NCBI GenBank assembly: GCA_009787085.1
Contig: WRGR01000046.1
Span: 11,147-75,146, forward strand
Origin: Actinomycetes bacterium
GTDB lineage: Bacteria; Actinomycetota; Coriobacteriia; Coriobacteriales; UBA8131
DNA length: 64,000 bases
Reading direction: 5' to 3'
In this document: positions 49,146 to 61,100 of the stretch, one piece after another
How positions within the stretch are numbered: the stretch's first letter is position 1
How the letters are laid out: each line of letters opens with the position of its first letter
The notes under the pieces: model-generated
What the model saw: the letters and a program-made list of their open reading frames with translations, nothing else
The model's database searches: none
What the model was told of the DNA's origin: nothing
Position numbers and translations under genes: made by a program

Positions 49146-52100
49146 TTATTCCCGCCGTCCTGCTCGGACGGTACTGAGCCGTCTTGCCAGGCGCGGACCG
49201 AAAACACAAACTGCGCCGCTGCAGAGCAAATCCAATGCTACCAGCAACAGGAGCAGACCCTGATCACCGGTCAAGGGCGCGATACTGCCACTCCGAGCTG
49301 GGACCAACTTGATGGAGGCTTTTGCCTGTACCCCAGGCGGCCAATCACTGCCGTCGGGAGGAACGACCGTTACATTGTTGACGATCTCCTTCGGAAAGCT
49401 CTCTGCCGGTGTTCCATCACCAACATCGACTTGAGCGCGATAGGTGAAGATATAGGTCTCGCCGCCGCGCAGTATCGCGATGGGCACCTCGATAGTGCGG
49501 CTCTCCGGATGATAAACGCTGGCACCCACCTTCTCCACCGTTCCATTCGGGTAGGTGAGCATCATGGTGTCGGTGTCTGGCACCAGCTCGTCTGGCAGGT
49601 AGTCGAATATCATCACGTCACGCCAAACTGTGCCCGCCTTGGGGTTGCTCAGGGTGACTTTATATCGCAACAGGTCATCGGGTTCTGCATCTTGCTGCGG
49701 ATGCGTCTCGTTCTCCACGCCCTTGGTCAGGGTCGGTGGGTCGCCGGGGTCATCAGGCTCGTCGGGGTCGGGCGGCTGGCCGCCGTCATCTCCGGGAGGA
49801 ACCAGCTTGATCTTGGAGGTCGTGCCGCCACCGGGCGGCGGATCGCCGCCATCGTGGCTGACCGTTACGTTGTTGACGATCTCGTCGGGGACATTCTCTG
49901 CCGGCGTGCCATCATCAACATCGACCTGAGCCTGATAGGTGAAGACGTAGGTCTCACCACCGCGCAGTATCGCAATGGGCACCTCAATGGTGCGGGTATC
50001 CGGATGATAGACACTGGCACCCACCATCTCTCTACTTCCGTTCGGATAGATCAGTGTCATGGTGCTGGTGTCCGGCACCAGTTCCTGCGGCAGGTAGTCG
50101 AATATCATCACATCGCGCCAAACTGTGCCCGCCTTGGGGTTAGTCAAAGTGACCCGATAGAGTAGCAAATCGTCGGGCTCAGCATTTTGCTGTGGATGCG
50201 TCTGGTTGTCCACATCCTTCGTCAGGAGCGGCTCCCCAGAATTATCTCCAGGATCAGTGGGGTCGGTGGGGTCCGTGGGGTCGGTGGGGTCCGTGGGGTC
50301 GGTGGGATCGGTGGGGTCCTGATTGCCAACCCGGCCAGTACCATCATCGCCTTGGGGATAGATATAGCCGGTGTGGATGTGGCCACGTCCACCGCCCCAA
50401 TAAGCATGAGCGCTGTTGCCCAAGTCATAGGCGGTCTCAGTAACTGTTGCATCGAACTCCACTCTAATGCTACTGCCACCGGAAATATCACCAAGCGCCA
50501 GCCGGAAGAGCCGCGTTGATGAATTATAGCTGGGTGTGCTGGACGTTGGCAGCGGTGTCGCACTGTCATTGAGGTACAGTCGTACCGTACTGAGGTCGGG
50601 TACAACCCCCACCGGCATAGTGTCCTCGATGTTGACGTCCTTCCACAGAGAATGTGGATCACCGTCATTCGCAGCAGTGATGGTGTAGGTCAAAACATCG
50701 CCACGCTTTGTTTTTTGGTTGGGGTGGCTCTTGTTGACTGCCGACTTGTACAGAGCTGGCTGATTGCTGCTGATCTCGCCAGTGCCGACCGGGCCTGTGG
50801 AAACCCCGTCATCGGTTTGGGCGGTGTTGTCCAGCGCGTGATAGCCCTGCCCCGAGTTGTCGATCACCGTATAAACGTCATCGCTGATTATCGCCTTGAA
50901 GCTGAGGTAGCACTTCTGGCCGCCCCATATCAGGCCGGCGTCCACCCGCAGCATACGGGTCGCCGGGTTATAAGCCGAAGCAGAAACCTGGGTTGTTGTT
51001 CCGTCCGGGTGCTGAAGCCAAATGCTGCTGGTGTCTATCTCCATGCCATCTGGAACGCGGTCGTTGATCACCACGTCCTCCCAAAGGGAGCCGGGCTTGG
51101 TGTTGCCGGCCTCGATGGTATAGATCAAGCAGTCGCCCACTGTCGGGTTCCCCGGGTGGACTGGGGCAACAACGCTCTTGTGCAGATAAACGTCACCGCT
51201 GCCATGGCCGACCGGACCGGGGTCAGGGAAATCGGGCGGATAGACCGGCGGTGTGCGAAGCCCATCGGCGGCGGCGATATTGCCGAAGGAATCCTGCACC
51301 TCCTGCGGCTCGGTCGGCGGATCGTCGGTATCGTAGACCGTAACATCGAACTCCAGCAGATACGACTGGCCGCCAACAACTTCGCCGATATCCAAAGTCA
51401 GGGTGCGAGTGCTCTCGTCATAGACCCTTTCGTAACTGAGGTGCTCCCTGGTTCCGTTCTGCCAAGTCACATAGATGCTCTCTGGAATCAGCCTCATCAT
51501 CGTCGGCAGCTTGTCATTGATCACAACATCATGCCAGATCGAGTTCTTGCTCCGATTCGTAGCTGTCACAATGTAGTGCAAGATCGCGTCGTCATCGTCT
51601 TCTGCCGGCGCTTTCCATTTCGCCTCTTTTGTCAACGACGGAGCAGCCTCCCAAACCGGATAGACGGTTATCGATGCCACTACCAAGTCGTCATCGCTGA
51701 CATTGACAATGCCGGAGTCTTTGATCGTTGTCCAACCTAAGAACTTCCGACCGTTGAAGGGCAGGGAGAACAGCGACTGGTCAGCGGTGTCCTGAAGGTT
51801 GCTGCCATACTCGACATCCTTCGACCAAACAAATCCGGTGGGTTCATCAACAACCGTCACCGTGTAAGTGTTGGTTGCCCAAATCGCGTAAACGTAAATG
51901 ACCTTGTCCGTATTGGCCCAGGCAGTTCGCACCGCTGTGGCTGTGGTAACAAACGGATCGAGGTTGTTGATGGTTGTACCTGTTCTGTTCAATGCCCAGC
52001 CAGCAAAATGATAGCCTGCTGGTGGAGTCGGCGGGGCAGGCATCATGGCGACCGGGTCACCATCCTGGTAATAAAGCGTCATCGGCTGACCGGAGTCATC

Positions 52101-55100
52101 GAGCAGCGGCACTACTGTGTTGTCGGTCGCGTCATAGTTGCGGACATAGGTGATGGTCACAGCATCTGGGTCAACTGGGGTAGTCCCCTTGGTCTGCCAT
52201 TGCGCAAAGACTGTAAAGCTACCGGCCAGCGCCGTCTCTGAGCCAACCGCAGTGTTAGCGTCGAACCAAGTGCCCGTGCCATCGGCACTGGTGTTCCAAC
52301 CGAGGAAATCGTAGCCGAAGAGCACCGGGTTATTGGGCATCCGCTCACCTAGGGTAGTCTGGGGCTCATATACCGTGCGTGTCGCGTAGACACTCGAAGC
52401 TGAGCCGTTGTTCAGATCAAAAGTGATCTGGGCGGTCGGTTCGGCAGCCCGGCCCCACACCGCATAGAGAGTGACATCGGTGCGCAGCTGGAAGTCCGGC
52501 TGGCTGAACTCCCTGGTGGTGGCATCATAGGCGAAGTCGACACGTCCGGCATCGGCCGCCCGCTTGCTTTGGGCCCAGCCTAGGAAAACAGACCCGTCAC
52601 GGGCTAAGTCGCCTGGGCCGATGACGCTGGCCGTATCGTTTAGGTGATACTCGTTGTCATCAGTTGGCACCGTGCCAGCAGTTGCCCCGTTAGCGTTGTA
52701 GAGCACAGCGTAGTTCTCATCGGCCGCCTTCTGCCTCCAGACGGGATACAAAGTGGCATCGCCAGTTATCAGATAACCACTGGCAAAGCTGTCTGTTGGC
52801 CGATCATATGGGTAGTCGGGGTTGCCGGCATCGGCTTTCTCAACAGTGTCTGCCCAACCGATAAAGGCATAACCCGTCTTGACCAAATTGCCCGGCCCCG
52901 GCAGCCCGATCGATTGACCGAGACGACCGCTGTCATTAGGCGGTGCCTCGCCGCTGTCGGCACCACGGTCACTGTATTGCACGGTATAGGGGCTCCAAAC
53001 GGCATACAGCTCCGTGTTGGCAGTGATCGTGAAGAAGGTGAAGTCGAATGTCTGGGTGCCTAGGTCGTAGGCAAAATCAGGAGCCGCCGCCTCTGGAGCG
53101 AATGCCCAGCCCATAAACTTGAGGCCGTCGTTTTCCAAGTTGCCCGGACCCAGCACCATGACCGGGTCGTTTTTAGCATAGCCCCGCACCGATGGGTCAT
53201 GGGGGGGTTCGCCGCCGGTGTTGCCATTGCCGTTGTAGGTGACGAAGACCGGGTCTTTGTAACGCAGCGCGTCAATCAGGTCTTTTAGGCGCTTGGCAGC
53301 GTCGTTGATGTCTTCTTGTGAGGTCCTCGGATCAGGATGGAGGTAGAACTGCACGGAGTCGAAGTAACCGTCCTCCATTGGGTAATAGGTTTCTTCGGTG
53401 TACAGTGCCTTGCGCGGCCGATGGACATTGCTGGCCACATCCATATAGTGAACAAGCTCAGTCCAGTCCAACTGAGCACCCTCCGGGTTTTGCTCCCATA
53501 CGGGATAGAGAACCACATCGTCAGTAATCGCAAAGGGCAAAGTGGCGCCGTCGTAATAATAGATGTAGGTAGCTGGATTGGCCGGGTTCACACCCGCCTC
53601 TAGCATCCCCAGCGTCGCCCAGCCCTTGAACGTATAGCCGCTACGCCGCAGGTCGTTATGTGGCAGCAGGGTCACTGTGCTATCAAGATGGTAGGTTTGC
53701 GGGTCGCTGAAGGAGCTGCCGCTGGTGGTGCCGACCAAGATGCCGTTAACCTCACTGGCGTTGGAATAGGTCACTGTGAAAGGGCCATACCTTTGCCAAG
53801 TGGCAAAGAGCACGGTGTCTTGGCTTATCGTAAATGCGCTTTCATTGGCATTGAAGGTGTTTGTTCGCCAGTTGTAATGGAAGACAGGGGTTTGGGCAGC
53901 GGCACTGTCCTGACTGTTGGCCCAGCCGATAAAAACATAGGTGTTGGTGCCATCGCCCTTGGTCATCTCGCCCGGGCCGAGCAGGTTGACGGTGCTGCCG
54001 ACGTAGTAGGCATTGGCGGCAGCTGGGGCGTTGCCAGCAGTGTCATAAGGCACCTTGGCCAAATCGTCAGCACCGTTGCCGTCATAGGCCACCGTGAACT
54101 GGGAGTTCTGTGACCAAACGGCATAAAGCGTGGTTTGGTCCGTCAGGAATATCGTCGGGCCCGGTGTGAAGCTATTGGTTGCGGCAGCGTAGGCATAATC
54201 CGGCGTGGTTGCCGTAGCGCTGGTTGCCCAGCCCAAGAAGGTCCAACCGAACTTGGTCATGCTGCCCGGCGGCGCGATTGTGACGGCATCGTCTGTGTGG
54301 TAGGTCCCACCTGTCGGCGGCGAGCCACCGTCCGAACCATTGCCGTTGTAGGCCAAGCCGTACTGCGACTTCTCTTGCCAAACGGCATAGAGCGTAACAT
54401 TGGCGGCAATCACGAACTGCTCAGGTGTCAGGCTCGGGGGCGCTGTGGCCGCATTATAGGCATAGTCAGGCACCGTCGCCGCAATATTGGTTGACCAGCC
54501 GATGAAGGTATAGTTTTGCTTGGCCAAATCATTTGGCCCCAGCACCAGCACCGTGCTTTGATCATAGTAACGGTTGGTGTTGACCTGTGCATCGCCAGCT
54601 ATGTCGACCGGAACCGTACCGCTGGTATTGAGATTGCCGTTATAGGTGACGGTGTACTTGTTGTCCTCCTGCCACACCGCATACAGTGTGGTGTTCCCCG
54701 GTATCTCGAACGAGCCGGGGGTGAATCCACCGGTGCTAGCATCATAAGCATAGTCCGGTGCCGAAGTGGCCGCACTGGTCGACCAACCGATGAACTTGTA
54801 GTGAAGCTTCGCTAGGTCGCCGGGGGGCGCGGGCGGAATTGCCGTGCCGCCGAGGAAGTCCCCGCTTACCGTTGGAGCATCACCGGCGGTATTACCATTG
54901 CCGTTATAGGCCAGCGTGTAGCGGTTTTCCTGCCAAACGGCATACAGGGTGGTGTCTGCCGTGATGTTGAAAGCCGCCGTGTTGAATGTTGCCTGTGTGG
55001 AGTTATAGGCAAAGTCAGGGGTTGTTGCATCTGGGTCCAACGCCCAGCCCCGGAATGTCCAGCCTTCGATAGTGCCCGTGCCGTTATAGCGGCGCATGCT

Positions 55101-58100
55101 GCCTGGGCCCAACACCGTAACGTTGCTGCCCACGTAATAGGCATTCGCCAATGCCGGGTAAGGCGCATTGCCGTGGGTATCGGCTGGCACCGTGCCGCCA
55201 ACCGTACCGGTTGGGGCATTGGCATTGTAGGTCACTGTGTAGTGGGGGTTTTCCTGCCAAACAGCGAACAGCATGGCGCTGCCGTTGATGTTGGTGATAG
55301 CTGCGGGGTTGACTGAGCCGGATGCAGCGTCATAGGCATAGGTGGGACTGGTCGCGGTCGGACTGGTTGCCCAGCCCCGGAATGTCCAGAACTGCTTGGC
55401 CATCTCTCCGGGGCCTTGGATGGGGACTGTCTCGCCTTGGAAGTACTGCTCCATCGCCGGAGCGCCACCGCTGCTGAGAACAGCGTTCGCTATATAGATT
55501 ACCTCGTATGATGGCAGCCGCGTATACACATAAGTCACCGTATGCTGGCCATCGACACTGGCCAAGACATTGCTGGGCAAAACCCCGCCCTCGCGGGGAT
55601 ACATGGTGCCGTTGTCCAGTATCCAGCCTTGGTAGTCCCAGCCCCGAAGCTCCGGATAAAGCGGGCTGCCATCAACGCCTAGGCTATTCCAAAGCCGGAT
55701 GTTGTCGGCGTATGCCCTTCCCCATGGCAAGGTTACCATCTCGTCGTCCAGCAGGCTGTTACCGGTGTTGTTGAACTCGCGCCAGCGCTCCGTGATGTAG
55801 AAGCCGTCGGCATGCTCATTGGTTTTTTGGTAGACATAGACGATGGTCATGTCGCTTGACAGGCTCTCGATGACCGGCGGATCGCCAGCGATCAAGTCGT
55901 GGCGGTCATCACCTTGCTTAAAGCCGATGTAGCGCCAAATCCACTCACCGTCGCTGAGACGGTCCGGCGGGTTGCCGGCAACCATCTCGCCACCGACCCG
56001 TGTATTGCTGATATCCGGTGCCAGCGGCCGCGCCATGTACACGTCATCAGTGCCATCGACCAGCACATCTAAGATATTGGAGTGGAACTGTTCGGTGACC
56101 ACATAGGTCGTGCTGAAGAGAAGCGTGATGGTCTGGTTGGCTTGGATGTTCGTCAGTTGCGGTGGGTCGCCCTGATGAACAACGGGCCTAGTGTAGGTGC
56201 CGCCGTTACCGTCATCAACCTCTTCAGTTGTCCCATCGGTCCAACCACGATAAACGCTGTAGGTCTTGCCAGTGGGCAACGCTATGCCGTTGGCTATGGC
56301 ATTTTGAATATTAGTCTCGGCCATGGGGTTGAAGCCTTGCCCCCGATCAACTAGATAGTCCTCATTGGGCGCTAGGATATTGGCATCATTTTGGTATTCC
56401 TTGTACTGTACGGTAACAGCAAAGCTTTGCTTGAAGTAAAGATCGATCGTCAAGCTGTTGTTGGTGCTCAAAAGCTCAGCCGGGCTGAACGTAACGTCCG
56501 GTGCGCTAGGCACAGGCCCGGCAGTCACGGCTCCGAAAACACTGTCTTTGGCCAGACGGTAGCTCACATAGAAGTAGCTACGCGAGTTGATGATCGGGTC
56601 CATGTGGTAGGCCGCTATGTAGTACGGGAGCGTTGCGTCCACGTTCTCTTTGTATTGGGTCTGGAGAATCAGGTTGGTGTCCTGATCGATGTAGTTGATG
56701 GTCAGCGGGATGTCTTTGAGGTAGTAGTAGATGACATCGTTCAGCTCCCCTGGCAAAACATCGGGAGGAGCACCAACAGTTCTTGTTGCGCCGCCATCTG
56801 TCGAATAGGCAAAGTAACGCCAATTGTAGGCAGTATTGCTGTCGTATTGGGTCAGGCTGCCAAGCGCGGTCATTGGCGGCAGATAGTCGCTGCCACCGCT
56901 GACCAAACTGGTCGTATTGCCCTGCACCGCAGTTGTCGGGTCCTTGTAGCTCAGATAATGCTCGGTGACGATATGCGAGGTAGTGTGATAGGTGTGGTTC
57001 GAGCGGCTGGTGTAGTCCAGCGCGTTCTCCATCACCGCCCGGTTATCAAACAGGTCTTGGCCGGCGGCCACCGTGACTGAGTATTTGAACTTGGTGATCG
57101 CCTCATCGGGTATTTGGGTGAATTGCCATACCAGCTTCTGGCGCTCCCGGGTTTGCGTGACCATGGCCTGGGTGGCATCATCCCAAACTTGAACGTCCTC
57201 GTAGTAGGGTTCGACCTTGAAATCAACTAGGCCGATACCTTGGTTATAAGCCACGCCTTGGGACAACGCGACACCTTGGTCGTCAACAACCTGATAGCTG
57301 CCGTTATAGGTCATGCCGTACGGCAACACGTCGCTGAGTACAAACGGGTACACCGACGCACCGTTGGCACCAGTGCTCACGTCAGCAGTCATTATCACTT
57401 TGTCTTTAGGAGTCCAGCCGGCAATATTTATCTCGCTTTGCTTGTTAGTCAGGGTAATGCCGTATTCCAGTTGATCGCCAACATCAACCCGAACTGGTTT
57501 GCTCTCTGTCCCCCGCTCAGAGCTAGCAGGCGGTTTTGTAATGTTGCTGGCCGTTACCTCCGCGTCTTTGACGGCGGGAACCAGTGGCACCCTGGTGTAG
57601 AAGAGCGTAAACTCGTTTTGGGAGAGCGGCGGCGCGTAGAAATCGGCCGCCTGATACATGTTGTTTTGCAGGCCATTTAAGCTGGTGCTGTCGTACTCGT
57701 AGAGCTTTCCACCCCGGTTGATGTACTGCGGCGGCTCGACATAGAAGTAATCGCCAGGCGTTATCGGCTCACCGTCCTGGTCACGCTGGATGTGCCGTTC
57801 GATGCCGGCAATGGCCTCGCCGGTATCCATGTCGATGAAGTGCGCCAGTGCGCCAACTTGTTCACCGTCCCTGAAGGCAGCGATGCGCATATTCTCGTAC
57901 TGGATAACGGTCAGGGAACTGCAGGCATGGGCAAGGTAGCCGGTGAAGAAGCCGAAGCCGTTGCCGCTGTATATCGGCTGTTGGACATCGGCCACCACTC
58001 TGCCGTCCAAGTAGATCTTAAAGGCACCAGTTACGGAGTTGCGATCAACACGAACATCGTAGGGAACAGTGGATGCTGCCGAGATACCCGTCTTATAGGT

Positions 58101-61100
58101 ACCGATAATCTGCCGTTGGCCATTGGCCGAGCCGGTGGCCGGTATTTGATAAGTGCTGGAGTTCATGTAGACATTATTGTAGTAATAGAGCCGCAAGGTG
58201 CCACGGTCTAAGATGAAGCCATAGCCGGTGTAGTAGTTGTTCCTCATGTAGCCATTGAACAGCAGACCGGTCTCAGCAAAGGTATGGAAGTCCATACGCA
58301 TCGGCCTTTGCGTATAGCTGATGGTGGTAAAGCCGTCAGGATAGAGGTTGGTGTAGCACATATCCATGAAGGGTGGTTGCCAGTAGCCCAAAAAACGCAT
58401 CGTCGTGCTGCCGAAAACAATGTGGTTGGCCGTGGCATAGCCGTTATAGCTGGCAGACTTGGCCGCTGTATAGGCTGTGTCATATTGCGGGTGGTCGACT
58501 ATCTGGTCCCAGGATATGCTGCTGATCGGCTTGGTTGCCGATTGTCCGGGGTTTTTAGGCGGGTAGTCTTTGATGACCGGGCCGACTATCGGCAGGTCGG
58601 TGCGTACTGCCGCTGTCGGGTTCGACGGGTCACTGGCACCGTTGGCGTTTACCGCCATTAGGCGGAACTGGTACTCGGTGTCTGCGTCTAGGCCATCGAT
58701 CCTGACGGGGAAGGTCGGTGAGTGCGACAGGCTGTCAGTGGTTATCGGGTGGTCTTTGTAGGTTCCATCGTCTACCCTTATCGCCCGTACTGTATAGCCG
58801 GTTGCGCCGCTGTTCAGCGGCCAGCGCAGATAAACTGAGTTATAGGTGGTTCCGGACAGTACCTCTGGCGGGTTGGGAGGGGCAAGCTTGGTGGTGATTG
58901 TAGCGTCCGCAGACGGGTCACCGTCGCCATAGCTGTTGTAGGCTCGCACTTTGAAGGAATAGCCAGTATTCGCAGACAAACCGGTATAGGTATAAGACGT
59001 GACATTGCCGATGTCCGTCCATGTCGCGCCGTTGTCCCTGGATATCTTATAGCCAGTTGCTGTGGCGGCTGGAACCCAAGTCAGTGATGCCGTGTAGGAG
59101 GTCACTGCGGTCACCACCGGGGCGCTCAATGCTGCAATCGTAGTGTACTTGGCAACTGACAAATCAGACGCGGCACCCGCGCCGCTGGCATTACGCCCAC
59201 GTACCTCAAAACTGTAGGAAGTCTCCGAGGCCAAGCCGGTATAGGTGTAATTGGTGACGTTTCCCAACGATAGCCAGTCACTGCCAGCAGGCCAAGCTCC
59301 GCCGGTCACGCGAATGTCGTAGCCGGCAATAGTGCCGCTGAGGGCTGTCCAGGTGATCGTCTCGGTGTTTGCCGTAGACGCGGTCGCCCGGGGCGTGGCC
59401 GGTTTGGTAGGCAGGGTGAGGGTGGCGGTCGAGGCTGGCGACACCGAGCCCTCCCCCAACCCGTCGACATAGCCCCGAACAGCGAACGTGTAGCTGGTGG
59501 CGGGGTTCAGGCCGGTGATCGTGTAGGTTGGCGCTGTTGGGCTAGCATAGTCCACTGGCCTGATCAACGTCCAAGCCCCAGTACCGTTTATCTGATACTC
59601 ATAGCCACCAACGTTCTCGACAACCCCACCTTCTGAGTAAGGGCTCCAGCTGATAGTCATAGTGGTGTCGGTCATGCCCGTCACAGTCGGACGGGTGGGC
59701 GGCCCGGATTTAGTTGTTAAGGTCGCAGAGGCAGCTGACGGCGCACTTTCTCCACCATTGTTGTAAGCGATGACCTTGAATGAATAGGTGGTTTGCGGAT
59801 GCAGGCCGGTATAGGAAAGGCTGGTGGCCGTGCCGCTGGCTGTTTGCCACGTAGCAAAGTCATCATAAGATACCTTATAGCCACTTATCTGCTGGCCTGA
59901 CGGTGTTGGAGTCGTCCAAGAAACCACTGCTGTATCGTGCAGGTTGGCGGTGTTGGCAGACAAGGCCACGTTCGGTGTGCCGGGAGCAGAGGGTACCGTG
60001 TATACCGCATCGGACACCGTCGATGCCGCACTACTGCCGTTTTGGTTGTATGCGGTTATCCTGAAAGTATAGCTTGTGCCAACTGTAAGGCCCGTCAATG
60101 TGTAGCTTTGGGTATTGCCGACATCTATCGGTGTAGCCCATGAGCCGTTGTTCGCCCGTGCCTCGATGCGATAGCCGGAGACATTGTAGTTCGCCCCAGT
60201 CGCGGGGTTTACAGTAGCCCCCAAATCGGACCATTCTATCGTGATGCCGGCCGCTGTCGAGCTTGCCACCACCGGCTTGGCTGGCGGCGGCAGGAGTGTA
60301 TAGGCGTCAGCAGGCAAGGATGTTGGCGAGGCACCGCCGGTGTTGTAGGCGATTACCCTGAAGGTATACAGGTTGTCTGCCGCCAAAGCTGTTGTACCGG
60401 TATAGGTGTAGGTCAAGACGTTGCCAACATCCCGCCAAGTGGCACCATTATCGGATGAGAGTCGATACCCTGTCGCTCCGGCCTGAGTGGTCCAGTTCAA
60501 CCTGATGCTGGTATCTGACAAGGTCGTCGGGACGGGTGCGGCTGGCCGCGCCGGCGCAGTATAGCGCGGTTGGGAAGCAGCCGACTGGTCACCGGCGCTG
60601 TCGCCGGTGAGTGCTTGTATCCTAAAGGTGTACTGGGTGTTCGGGGATAGCCCGGTATAGACAAAGCTTGTCGCATCGGATACCTCGAGAGAAGACCCAT
60701 CACTGGCATAGATCACATACCCGGTTACACTGCCCGCTGGCGCTGTCCAGTTCAGCAGAATGCTGTCTGAGGTCGACGAAACCAGCACCGGTGCTGCGGG
60801 CGCCCCGGGAGCCGTGTAGATCATGCCCGATTCCGGCGACTTGGCGCTGGTGCCAGCCGAAGATCTGGCCTCAACTTGGAAAATATACCCGGTTCCCGCA
60901 GTCAGGCCGGTTATCGTGGCGTTTGTGGCTGTTCCCGTAGTGCTTATGCTCCTGATCGGAGTGCCGCCCGGAGAACTCAAAATATAGACGTTGTAGCCTT
61001 GGACATTCGCCCCTGTGGAAACAGATGCGTTCCATTGCAGCGCTATGCTGGTGGAAGTAACCGCAACCGCCCACGGTGCAGAGGGAGCCGTGGGCACCAG

